This document shows positions 20,266 through 30,195 of a DNA stretch of 64,000 bases, one piece after another. A program made the position numbers and the translations under genes. The stretch lies in the NCBI GenBank assembly GCA_945936135.1, contig CAMESG010000002.1:107897-171896 (forward strand). Direction: 5' to 3'. Numbering within the stretch: position 1 is the stretch's first letter; each line of letters opens with the position of its first letter. This DNA is from an uncultured Mollicutes bacterium (GTDB lineage Bacteria > Bacillota_I > Bacilli_A > RFN20 > CAG-826). The notes below the pieces were generated by a model, which saw nothing but the letters and a program-made list of their open reading frames with translations, did not search any database and was not told the origin of the DNA.

Positions 20266-21345
20266 TTACTCTCCTAACGCCTCGTCTTCCGCGTTGTCGT
20301 TATTTGGCGCGCCATAGATAAACATCGCGTCGCCGAAGGAGAAAAAGCGATAATCCGCTTTGATGGCTTCTTTGTAGCAATGTAAAGTCCATTTGCGTCC
20401 CATGAAGGCAGAAACAAGCATCACCAGCGTGGATTTTGGCAAATGGAAGTTGGTGATCAAGGCGTCAACAGCGAGATAATGGTAGCCTGGGGAGATGAAG
20501 ATATCCGTTGCTTCGTGAACGGGAGTGAAGGCGCCATGCTTTTGAAGGCAGGATTCCAAGGTTCTTACCGAGGTGGTGCCGATCGCGATGATCCTGCGTC
20601 CTTCTTTTTTGGCAAGGTTCAAACGTTCCGCGGTATAGGCGTCAATCTCATAGGTTTCATGGTGCATGACGTGGTTTTTCGTATCCTGCACCTTAACGGG
20701 ACGGAAGGTACCAAGGCCGATATTAAGGGTAATGTCCAAGACTTCAACGCCCATGGCTTTGGCTTTTTCAAAAAGCTCTTGCGTAAAATGAAAGCCCGCT
20801 GTCGGCGCGGCGGCGGAGCCCGGGACCTTCGCATAGACGGTTTGATAATCGTCTTTGTCTTCGCATTGTTTCTTGATGTAGGGAGGCAAAGGCATTAAGC
20901 CAAGCGAATCGAGGACCTCCAAGAAGATCCCTTCGTAGTGGAATTGCATGTGACGAATGCCTTCCGGGAGCACCTTGATGCAGGTGCAGCGTAGCTTGCC
21001 TTCGCCAAAAGAGCAGGTCGAGCCAACGCGCACCGAATGGGCATTGCCAACCAGGCATTCCCAGACGTCTTTCCCCTCATCTGGCAATTCGTGGAGCAAC
21101 AAAACCTCGACCTTTCCTTTGGTATCTTCCTTCACGCCGATCAAGCGGGCGGGGATAACCTTGGTGTTGTTGCGCACCAAAACGTCGCCCGGGCGAAGAT
21201 AATCCAAAAGGTCATGGAAGACGCGATGTTCAAAAGTATGGTGTTCGCGATCGATCACCATGAGTTTCGCTTCATCGCGCTCCTTCAAGGGCATTTGGGC
21301 GATCCTATCTTCTGGCAAGTCAAAGTCAAAATACGAAATATCCAT
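20266..21345 (-). CDS. queA: S-adenosylmethionine:tRNA ribosyltransferase-isomerase
   Basis: 'PLPPYI', 'YQTVYA..PGSAAAPTAG', 'TNFHLPKSTL', 'YRFFSFGD'. Confidence 0.97.
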   Translation of the reverse strand: MDISYFDFDLPEDRIAQMPLKERDEAKLMVIDREHHTFEHRVFHDLLDYLRPGDVLVRNNTKVIPARLIGVKEDTKGKVEVLLLHELPDEGKDVWECLVGNAHSVRVGSTCSFGEGKLRCTCIKVLPEGIRHMQFHYEGIFLEVLDSLGLMPLPPYIKKQCEDKDDYQTVYAKVPGSAAAPTAGFHFTQELFEKAKAMGVEVLDITLNIGLGTFRPVKVQDTKNHVMHHETYEIDAYTAERLNLAKKEGRRIIAIGTTSVRTLESCLQKHGAFTPVHEATDIFISPGYHYLAVDALITNFHLPKSTLVMLVSAFMGRKWTLHCYKEAIKADYRFFSFGDAMFIYGAPNNDNAEDEALGE

Positions 21346-21347
21346 GA

Positions 21348-22514
<1,167 letters not shown>

Positions 22515-22539
22515 CTAGAATCGCAAAAGAAAAAACCAC

Positions 22540-23124
22540 TCACCAGTAGCGAGTGGCCATCAATACCATGGTTTTATTGACTTCGGCTTCCGATAAGGTG
22601 GGAAGATCTTTGATATCGAAGCCCTTCCGTTCCAACAAGGCGCGCCCTTCTTTTCCAAGGAACCACGTCCTTAAGCCCTTCTTTTCAAATCGATTCTCAT
22701 CGGTCAAAGGGTAATACTTGGTTGGAAGATAGAACATTTGGTTACCGCGAAGCATGAAGTTCTGCGGTTCCCAGTCCAAAGCGACGTTTGCGAATCTCGC
22801 GAAGCGATATAAAGCAAACAAGGCATCGAAGAAATTCTCGGGAAGTGGGCCTTTGCTGAGCGTGGTCAAACAATCGTCTTCCGGGAAGTAATCGTACACG
22901 ATAACTTTCCGTTCATCGTCGTGATAGCACATTTTGGCCATGTTGATGCCCGCATGTTTCAAGGAACGATAATCCGATAAAGCCTTTTCGTAATCCTCAC
23001 GGAAGATGCGAACAAAATAGGTTCTTCCACTCCAACTGGCAAAATAGGTCGTGTGATCGTGATGAGCAGCGACGACCTTCATCAGCGTGAAGCGTTTATT
23101 TTTGATTTGAACGACTTCTTCCAT
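22540..23124 (-). CDS. Hypothetical protein with a protein-kinase-like fold
   Basis: 'LDWEPQNFML' resembles a kinase catalytic loop; promoter TTGAAT-16-TATAAT (with TGn) immediately upstream. Confidence 0.55.
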   Translation of the reverse strand: MEEVVQIKNKRFTLMKVVAAHHDHTTYFASWSGRTYFVRIFREDYEKALSDYRSLKHAGINMAKMCYHDDERKVIVYDYFPEDDCLTTLSKGPLPENFFDALFALYRFARFANVALDWEPQNFMLRGNQMFYLPTKYYPLTDENRFEKKGLRTWFLGKEGRALLERKGFDIKDLPTLSEAEVNKTMVLMATRYW

Positions 23125-23198
23125 GCGGAAGAATTATAGCAAAAAAAGGGCTACATTCAAAGAATGGAAAAGGCACGCAGAGCTACTCCAAGAATATA

Positions 23199-24419
23199 TC
23201 AGCGCAAAATTTTTGCAAGCCCGCCTTCTGCGGTTTCCTTATATTCGCTCGAAAGGCTATCGCCCGTGAGCTTCATGGCGTCAACCACATCGTCGAAACG
23301 CACCTTGTTTTTGCGCACCGGAGAGATGTGCCTTGCGAAAAGATAGCTCGCCGAAGCGCGAATCGCCCCAATGCCGTTGCGTTCAATGCACGGGATGATT
23401 ACATATCCATCGACTGGATCGCAAGAAAGGCCGAGGAAATGCTCCATCGCACATTCCGCGGCATATTCAATTTGATATAGGTTCAAGTCAAAGCAATAGC
23501 AGATGGCCGCGGCCGCCATAGAAGAGGCGGTTCCGATCTCTGCTTGGCATCCGCCAACGGATCCTGCGATCGAAGCATTATTCTTTACTATGTTCCCAAA
23601 CATGCCCGCGACGAACAAAGAATCGCGCAATTTGGCCAAGGGAATGCGGCGTTTTTGATGCAAATAATACAAACAAGCCGGCAAAACCCCGCTGGATCCG
23701 CACGTTGGCGCCGTTACGATTTTCTCGCCGCATGCGCTAGATTCAGCGACGGCATAGGCATACGCGGACAGGGCGATTTCCTTTTTTCCGTCATGGTGCC
23801 CGAGCTTTTTTGAGGCCTCGTAGATCGCTTTCGCCGAACGGTTCAATTGGAGACGGGGGTTATTGTTCGCCGGGATTCTTCCTTCCGCGACCAAGCCCTT
23901 TTCCACACAGGAAAACATGTCCTTCAACATTTTCATTAGGTAATCATCGATATCCGCGTCTTCGTAATAACGACAGAGGTCTTTGACGTCATTGACCCCA
24001 AGACGTTCCATCTCGGTCTTCATCTCTTCTAACGTTGAGAAGGGATAAACGTCCCTTTCGTTGACGCTTAGGTCTTCATCGCTATGGATTTCTCCGCCGC
24101 CAAGGGAGAGATATCGCGCGGTTTTCACCACTTGTCCTTCTTCGTCCAAAGCAACAAAATCCATCGTCAAAGGGTGTTTTACCTTTGTTTCGATATCGTA
24201 AATCACTTCAATATCCTCGTTTGGCAATGCCTCGCGAATTGCTTTCTCGCTTCCATGGCCTACGCCCGTCAAGGCCAAGGAGCCATAAAAGGTCACGCGA
24301 ATCTTGGAATAAGCGGTATCGCAAAAACGGGAAAACGCCTCAGCTGCTTCAAATGGAGCGATTGTGTGGCTAGAACTTGGGCCGGGGCCAAGACGATAGA
24401 GATTTCTCAGGCTTTTCAT
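23199..24419 (-). CDS. sdaA: L-serine ammonia-lyase, Fe-S dependent (fused beta/alpha)
   Basis: 'GPGPSSSHT', 'GSLALTG.GH', 'APTCGSSG', 'GGCQAE', 'LGLSCDP..G.V.IPCIERN'. Confidence 0.93.
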   Translation of the reverse strand: MKSLRNLYRLGPGPSSSHTIAPFEAAEAFSRFCDTAYSKIRVTFYGSLALTGVGHGSEKAIREALPNEDIEVIYDIETKVKHPLTMDFVALDEEGQVVKTARYLSLGGGEIHSDEDLSVNERDVYPFSTLEEMKTEMERLGVNDVKDLCRYYEDADIDDYLMKMLKDMFSCVEKGLVAEGRIPANNNPRLQLNRSAKAIYEASKKLGHHDGKKEIALSAYAYAVAESSACGEKIVTAPTCGSSGVLPACLYYLHQKRRIPLAKLRDSLFVAGMFGNIVKNNASIAGSVGGCQAEIGTASSMAAAAICYCFDLNLYQIEYAAECAMEHFLGLSCDPVDGYVIIPCIERNGIGAIRASASYLFARHISPVRKNKVRFDDVVDAMKLTGDSLSSEYKETAEGGLAKILR

Positions 24420-24523
24420 AAAGGTTCTCCATAATCATGAGGCGAGAAGGTTCGTTGGTCAACGTTCTTTTGCTACGCAAAAAGGGGTGGCAAGAGAAGG
24501 AAAGTAGAGTACCATATCGCGGT

Positions 24524-25015
24524 ATGCGAACCTTCATTCTCCTCTCGGCGATCCCGGGATCTGGCAAATCCACTTGGGCAAAGCAATACGCGAAAACGCA
24601 TGCCAACACGAAAATCGTGAGTTCCGACGAGATTCGCCTTCGCGAATTCGGGAAAGTCGACGATTTTTCCCATGAAGCGGATCTTTGGAGAATGTTCCTT
24701 GAAGAAATCCATACAGACGGGAAAGACGAAGACGTCACGGTCATCGCCGATTCCACGAATATCACGAACCATTACCGTCAATATTACGCCGAAGAGACGC
24801 CGGAGTTTGATCACAAGATCCTCGTTTGCTTCGACTTGCCCTTCCAGACCGCCTTGGCACGAAACAACTTAAGGACCGGCGATCGTGTCGTGCCCCAACA
24901 CGTCATGGAGTCCATGCACAAGGATTTCGAAGCGCCCGATGAGACAACGTTGAAAATGTACGATGAATACCTGTTGATCGACAAAGATTTTATCGCCGAA
25001 GAATTAAGGAAATAA
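24524..25015 (+). CDS. P-loop kinase, AAA_33 / polynucleotide-kinase-like
   Basis: 'AIPGSGKSTWA', 'SSDEIR', 'DSTN', 'RN..R...RVVP'; ATG at 24524. Confidence 0.8.
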   Translation: MRTFILLSAIPGSGKSTWAKQYAKTHANTKIVSSDEIRLREFGKVDDFSHEADLWRMFLEEIHTDGKDEDVTVIADSTNITNHYRQYYAEETPEFDHKILVCFDLPFQTALARNNLRTGDRVVPQHVMESMHKDFEAPDETTLKMYDEYLLIDKDFIAEELRK

Positions 25016-25021
25016 GAGCCC

Positions 25022-25060
25022 AAAAAAGTTCCGTTCGAGTGTCTCCCGGACGGAATTTTT
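25022..25060. terminator. Bidirectional terminator between convergent genes
   Basis: AAAAGTTCCGTTCG...CGGACGGAATTTTT hairpin with flanking A and T tracts. Confidence 0.7.
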
Positions 25061-25069
25061 GTGTTGTGA

Positions 25070-26050
25070 TTAATAGTTGTTCTCTTGAAGCGCCTTCTTC
25101 GGCGGGAAGAAGGTGAAATAAGCAACAAGCGCACCGAGCAAAATAACAAGTCCGCCGGTGATATAGCCCATGACGAAGAACTCTTCGGCTTCCGCGAATC
25201 TCGCGCCGTAGAGCTTGGCCATGAAGGAGATGTTGTACATCTTGCTTTCGTATTCAAGATGTTCAACAAGGGTTCCGCCAACCAAGGACAAGCCATTGAG
25301 GAGGACAAGCGTGGAGAAGAGGAAGGAATTGCTCTTGCGAACAACGCCGTGGTTTTCCGCGCCGCTATAGCCGAACAAGGCACCAAGAGCGACAATCGAG
25401 CAAACAAGCGGGCAAATCGCGAAGATGCCAGCTTTCGAAAGAACGGCATTCGAGTTGGCGAAGCTTCCGATGTAGGAAACGTTCGTAAGGAAGAGGACGC
25501 CGAAGACAAGAGCAACCGCCACGTCGATCGCGCCGATGCCACCAACGATCGAAAGCATGATCTTGTTGGTGTGTTCTCCTTCACCATACATGTGGAGAAG
25601 CGGAACGTTCGAAGCGATGAGGGAGAGGATCGTAAGGATCACATAGACGACAATCGCGAAGGCGAGGTCGATATCTCCGCTCAAGTTCGTCGTGGTCAAG
25701 CGATAGAGAAGGATCGCATTGAGGAAGAAGAAGATCGAGAGAACGTAGCCAAGAGCAACGTAGCAGGAGAAGGTTTTGCGGACGAGTTCATCGTTGCCGC
25801 CTTTCAAGAAGGCGCCAACACTGAAGCAGAGGCCGACCGCCGAAACGATCGTGCCGGCAAGGCCCAAGGAGCCAAGCATCGCCGAGAGGCCAACGCCAAT
25901 GGAAGGAAGGCTGATATCGGGCAACGGCTTACCGCCCAAGAGGTTAGGGGTCACAAAGAAAGCGAACCAGATGCCGAGGAAGGCAAAGCCTGCCAACAAA
26001 AGAGCGTTCACAATGATGTTGATAAAACGGGTGGATGAAGAATATTTCAT
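25070..26050 (-). CDS. Hypothetical polytopic membrane protein (about 8 TM helices)
   Basis: Repeated hydrophobic segments; GGAGG SD; codon style like the ribosomal genes. Confidence 0.8.
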   Translation of the reverse strand: MKYSSSTRFINIIVNALLLAGFAFLGIWFAFFVTPNLLGGKPLPDISLPSIGVGLSAMLGSLGLAGTIVSAVGLCFSVGAFLKGGNDELVRKTFSCYVALGYVLSIFFFLNAILLYRLTTTNLSGDIDLAFAIVVYVILTILSLIASNVPLLHMYGEGEHTNKIMLSIVGGIGAIDVAVALVFGVLFLTNVSYIGSFANSNAVLSKAGIFAICPLVCSIVALGALFGYSGAENHGVVRKSNSFLFSTLVLLNGLSLVGGTLVEHLEYESKMYNISFMAKLYGARFAEAEEFFVMGYITGGLVILLGALVAYFTFFPPKKALQENNY

Positions 26051-26164
26051 GATTTCCTCCGAACAAGCCTCACACGAAAAGCTTCGGCAAAGCGTCGAGC
26101 AATATTAAAGTCCATATCGCCGGTATAGTCAATTTGTTTCTCTCTTTAGAGAGCGTTTCATCGA

Positions 26165-27709
26165 TCAGCGGCCGGAAAGCAAGGCTTCCACGGCATCCAA
26201 TGCCCGTTCTGCGGATTTGAGGAGATTCCGCCCATCGTCATTGCGCGGAATCGCTTGATATACCCCGCGGGATGCAATGCTTTCTTCGGGCAAGATCTTG
26301 GCGGTGCCAAGCGTCGAAAAGCCGATCAAGACGTTGCCGCTTCTCGAAAGCAAAGGGAATTCTCGTCCGGCTTGATAAAGGCCTTGAACAAAGGCTTGAT
26401 CAAGATCATTGGGCAAAAGGCGGTGCAAATTCATCAAATACACCCCGCCTTTATAGGAACTGTGAACGTCACCGAACAAAATGGGGTCTTTCTTAGAAAG
26501 GAAGTCACCAAGTGTTTCCGCCGGTGTGGCGTTTGGATATTCCTTTTTCACCGCTTGACTAAGAAATTTCCCACCGAAGGCAAGGGTCTCCTCTTGGGAA
26601 TAGCGTTCCGCTTCCTCTTTTGTCAAAGCGATCGATACGCAAGCAATCGCGTTGCCGTTCCCAGACCAAGGATACTCGACAATCGCTAGATCAATAGAAT
26701 TCGACGTCGTTGAAGCGTTGACCAAGGTAGCGTTTGGATAGACAAATTCCAATTCGATGTCTCGTCTAAGGTTGTTGAGAAGTTTCTTTTTGACAAAGAA
26801 GGGAGGATACCATCCGGTTCTTCCTCTTCCGTAATAAGCGTTTTCAAACTCCCTGCCGTTACATTCGATAAACAAAGCGAGTCGAGGCTTCGCTGGCTTC
26901 ATCAAGAAGCGGAAATCGCTTGCGGTCATTAAGGATCGCTCCCCTGCGCCGCTAGCTAAGATCATGGCGCCAGTTTTCTGAGTCTTTCTGGTCCCGCCAC
27001 CGAAATAAGTGACGGATTTCGGCCAACCCAAAAAGCGATCGACCGAGATGGCTTTCATGCCAAAAAGGATTTGGCCTCCCGCCGAGAGGATCGCTTGTTT
27101 CATCTTGGCACATACACGCTGAACATCTTCCGCACTCACGAAACGGAAATCTTCGATCTCGGGAAAATTTGACAAGCCAAGTTCATGAAAAATCTGCAAA
27201 AGGTAATCGTTTTTGGTTGCATCCGAAATCTGCTCAATATAGCCGCCAAACATCGCAAAACCCCCGCCTTCTCCATTGCAATAATTAGATTCGTGAAGGA
27301 TTTTCGCACGCAATTCCGAATAGATGCAGGTGTTTTTCCGCTTTGAAATCTCTTCGCCTTGTTCAAGGACAATGGGCTTAGCGCCTTGGCGAGCGAGGAG
27401 ATAGGCAGCGAACAATCCAGTGAAGCCTGCACCTACAATCACAGGCGAGTACTTCTCATTAAATTTCGATAATTGATAGACGGGTCGACCTTCGAAAAAC
27501 TTGATGTTCGTATTGCGGACAAATTCCAAGGTATCAACCAAGAAATCGTAAGAAATGGCGGGTTTGTTATGGGCGAGCACGAAACGGCGCTTCAAAACTT
27601 GAAAACGAAAGCCGGATTCGGATACACCCAAACGTTGGGCGATCAAAGAACGGATCTCTCGTTCTCCCGCTTGAAGAGGACAATAAAGACGGTCAACAAA
27701 GTACTGCAT
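26165..27709 (-). CDS. FAD-dependent oxidoreductase (COG2509-like), divergent
   Basis: 'VIVGAGFTGLFAAYLL...PIVLEQG' Rossmann motif, 'GEGG'; overlaps the HI0933-family gene, as commonly seen in Bacillota. Confidence 0.7.
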   Translation of the reverse strand: MQYFVDRLYCPLQAGEREIRSLIAQRLGVSESGFRFQVLKRRFVLAHNKPAISYDFLVDTLEFVRNTNIKFFEGRPVYQLSKFNEKYSPVIVGAGFTGLFAAYLLARQGAKPIVLEQGEEISKRKNTCIYSELRAKILHESNYCNGEGGGFAMFGGYIEQISDATKNDYLLQIFHELGLSNFPEIEDFRFVSAEDVQRVCAKMKQAILSAGGQILFGMKAISVDRFLGWPKSVTYFGGGTRKTQKTGAMILASGAGERSLMTASDFRFLMKPAKPRLALFIECNGREFENAYYGRGRTGWYPPFFVKKKLLNNLRRDIELEFVYPNATLVNASTTSNSIDLAIVEYPWSGNGNAIACVSIALTKEEAERYSQEETLAFGGKFLSQAVKKEYPNATPAETLGDFLSKKDPILFGDVHSSYKGGVYLMNLHRLLPNDLDQAFVQGLYQAGREFPLLSRSGNVLIGFSTLGTAKILPEESIASRGVYQAIPRNDDGRNLLKSAERALDAVEALLSGR

Positions 27710-28856
27710 CGAGAGCCTCCGAGGCGATCAACGCGGAAAGAAGACACCAAGTGAGGTTATATCCGCCGCATTCTCCGGCCATATCAAGGCATTCGCCAAC
27801 GAAAGAAACGCGCTCTTCTTTTTTGGAAGAAAGCGTCCTAAGATCCACGTCATTCAAAGAGATGCCGCCCATCGTGACTTGCGCATCCGAGAACGGGTAG
27901 TTCTCTTCGTAATGAAACGCCCAATGCTTCAATGTGGAAACCAAACCATCCACCCCTTGTTTGGTTACGATGTTTTCAAAATGACGGGCAAGTTCCAACG
28001 GGAAATAGGCTTCTAAGAAATGAGGGTGGATCGAATCTTTCCTTAGCTTTTCTTTCAAGGATTGGAACGTTTCATGTGGGAATAGATCCAAGACGATCTC
28101 GATTCCTTTATAACCTTTTTGGGCAAGGTAAATCGAGGCATCAAAGATCACGATCCCCGAAAGACCGTCTTTCTTGAAAAGGATCTGTCCCGATTTTTCA
28201 AATGGAGTGTCACGTCCCTTGATACGAACCGTTCCGTTTACCCGCAAACCCTGCAAAGAGGGAAAATGTTCCTTCGTCCGGATAGGACATAGAACCGGAA
28301 CCATGGACTGAATCTGATAACCATGACGTTCAAAGACAGAGAATAGAGAACCATCGCTTCCAAGGTTCTTCCCGCTTTTCCCACCGACGGCAAAAACTAG
28401 ATAATCGAAAGCTTCTTCTCCTTCCGAGGTCAGCAAGGCGACACCATTAGGATGGGTCGAGTAATCGAGCGCTTTCTCGCCAAGACGAAGCTTCGCACCC
28501 AAGGCCGTGAGGTTATGCCAAAGGTAACGGACAAGGCTTGGAGCCGATTCGGAAAGAGGATAGTAAAGGTCACCTTCTCTTTTTAGAGGGATACCCCATT
28601 CTATGAGCTTTTCCTTGAGAGATGAAAAGGGGATTCGTTGAAGGAACGATTTGAAAATCTCCGGGTGATCGTAATTTTCGGGCAAAGGATTATCGTGGAG
28701 TAAATTGCACCTTCCATTCCCTGTCGCCGCGATTTTCTTGCCTAGTTTTTCTTCGTGATCAAAAAGGGTCACCTCAAAATCTTGGTGTTTCGTTAGAAGG
28801 TCCAACGCGAGATAAATTCCCGAAGCGCTGGCACCGACAATCGCAATCCTTTTCAT
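27693..28856 (-). CDS. HI0933/YhiN-family flavoprotein
   Basis: 'IAIVGASASG', 'GKKIAATGNGRCN', 'AQVTMGG', 'GECLD..G.CGGYNL'; start at ATG 28856. Confidence 0.9.
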   Translation of the reverse strand: MKRIAIVGASASGIYLALDLLTKHQDFEVTLFDHEEKLGKKIAATGNGRCNLLHDNPLPENYDHPEIFKSFLQRIPFSSLKEKLIEWGIPLKREGDLYYPLSESAPSLVRYLWHNLTALGAKLRLGEKALDYSTHPNGVALLTSEGEEAFDYLVFAVGGKSGKNLGSDGSLFSVFERHGYQIQSMVPVLCPIRTKEHFPSLQGLRVNGTVRIKGRDTPFEKSGQILFKKDGLSGIVIFDASIYLAQKGYKGIEIVLDLFPHETFQSLKEKLRKDSIHPHFLEAYFPLELARHFENIVTKQGVDGLVSTLKHWAFHYEENYPFSDAQVTMGGISLNDVDLRTLSSKKEERVSFVGECLDMAGECGGYNLTWCLLSALIASEALDAVLC

Positions 28857-28917
28857 CTGCTCAAGAATACAACAAAACCATACCCTTTTCCTTCTCTTTC
28901 TCAAGAAAGGGGTAAAA

Positions 28918-29298
28918 TCAGCGCTTTTGTTCTAGGTAACGTTCAATGCAGGATGCCGTCTCTTCCGATAATGCGTGTTCAATCTCGCAGCAATCTTTCT
29001 CGGCGGTTTCTTCGCTGACGCCAAGTTCCATCAAAAATTCCTTAAGCACGCGGTGCCGTTTCCAGGTACGCTCCGCGACTTCTCTTCCCTTCTTCGTCAA
29101 GGACATCGCGCCATAATCGATGCGCGTAATCAGCCCACGATCGATCAATTCATGGCCCATTTGGTGAACCGCCGGTTTGGAAACTCGAAGAATATTCGCA
29201 ACGTTTGTCGTTGAAAGCGTTTCGCCCTTTTCTTCCAACATCAAAAGGGCTTCCAAGAAGTCTTCTTGGGACTGGCTGAAGGGATGAACATTCTTCAT
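28918..29298 (-). CDS. DtxR/MntR-family metal-dependent transcriptional regulator
   Basis: 'EDFLEAL', 'VSKPAV', 'RHRVL..FL..LGV....AEKDCCEIEHALS'. Confidence 0.9.
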   Translation of the reverse strand: MKNVHPFSQSQEDFLEALLMLEEKGETLSTTNVANILRVSKPAVHQMGHELIDRGLITRIDYGAMSLTKKGREVAERTWKRHRVLKEFLMELGVSEETAEKDCCEIEHALSEETASCIERYLEQKR

Positions 29299-29320
29299 AA
29301 ACTTATGCTACTCCAAAGCC

Positions 29321-29869
29321 TCATTCGGCTTTAGCTTCCTTTGGGGCCTTATAGATAAAGAGTTTTCTCGTAATGAAGTTCCAAACCATCGTAAAAATCG
29401 TTTTCACCGCAAAAACAATGGTAAATGCCCAGAATGTGCCGATATCTTGTTTAAACAAGGTGGAGAAGTCGACGGAAAGGATATTGATGTTCCATCCGCT
29501 CCATTCCAAGCAAATCATGTAACCAAGGAAGTGGAGCAAGGCACCGCCAACGAGGCCTGCGGTCTGCCAGCCCAGGTACTTCAAATTGCCCTTCCAAGAC
29601 TTTGCTTCTTTCTCGGCTTTTTCTTCAACGTTTTGGAAACCCCATACGCCAGTTAAGGCCCAAGTGGAGGGTGTTGCAAAAAGCATGCCAAGAAAGGAAA
29701 GAAGGAAGGCGATAAAGAAAGCGGCGACGTGCATACCAGCGTTCGCTTCCACCCAATCATGGAGGAAGCTCGTTATTACGAGCTCGAAAACGAAATCGAT
29801 CGCAGTGCCGTAGACGCCAATAACCGCGAAGCGGATGATTTCTCGAATTAGACTGTTTTTATCCTTCAT
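29321..29869 (-). CDS. GtrA-family membrane protein
   Basis: 'EIIRFAVIGVYGTAIDF' and 'WNFITRKLFIYK' termini typical of GtrA. Confidence 0.7.
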   Translation of the reverse strand: MKDKNSLIREIIRFAVIGVYGTAIDFVFELVITSFLHDWVEANAGMHVAAFFIAFLLSFLGMLFATPSTWALTGVWGFQNVEEKAEKEAKSWKGNLKYLGWQTAGLVGGALLHFLGYMICLEWSGWNINILSVDFSTLFKQDIGTFWAFTIVFAVKTIFTMVWNFITRKLFIYKAPKEAKAE

Positions 29870-29911
29870 ACGAAAAGAGGCTTTTTTAAAACCGAAAAGA
29901 AAGAAGGTAGT

Positions 29912-30148
29912 TTACTTCTCCTCTTTCTTATAGACCTGGGTCGTTTTGACCGACCCTTTTCTTGGCCCCTTGGAGTTGTGGAATAAGATCGTCCCATTTT
30001 GGTTTTCGCCCAAAACCTTGCAATACTCCTCAGCTTCCTTCTTGGTGTCAAACAATTTGATCACCTTGGTGCTGCCTTGGATGCGGATGGCCCATTTGCC
30101 GTCCTCTTCTCTTTTGGACACGTGGTAGACTTTGCGGTTTTCAGCCAT
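29912..30148 (-). CDS. DUF2188-domain small protein
   Basis: 'YHV....GKWAI...GS......FDTKKEA......L......ILFH..KG'; AGGAG SD. Confidence 0.8.
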   Translation of the reverse strand: MAENRKVYHVSKREEDGKWAIRIQGSTKVIKLFDTKKEAEEYCKVLGENQNGTILFHNSKGPRKGSVKTTQVYKKEEK

Positions 30149-30195
30149 GTTGTTCTCCTTTTGATTACCCTTATTTTAAATCAAATTAATTTTTA

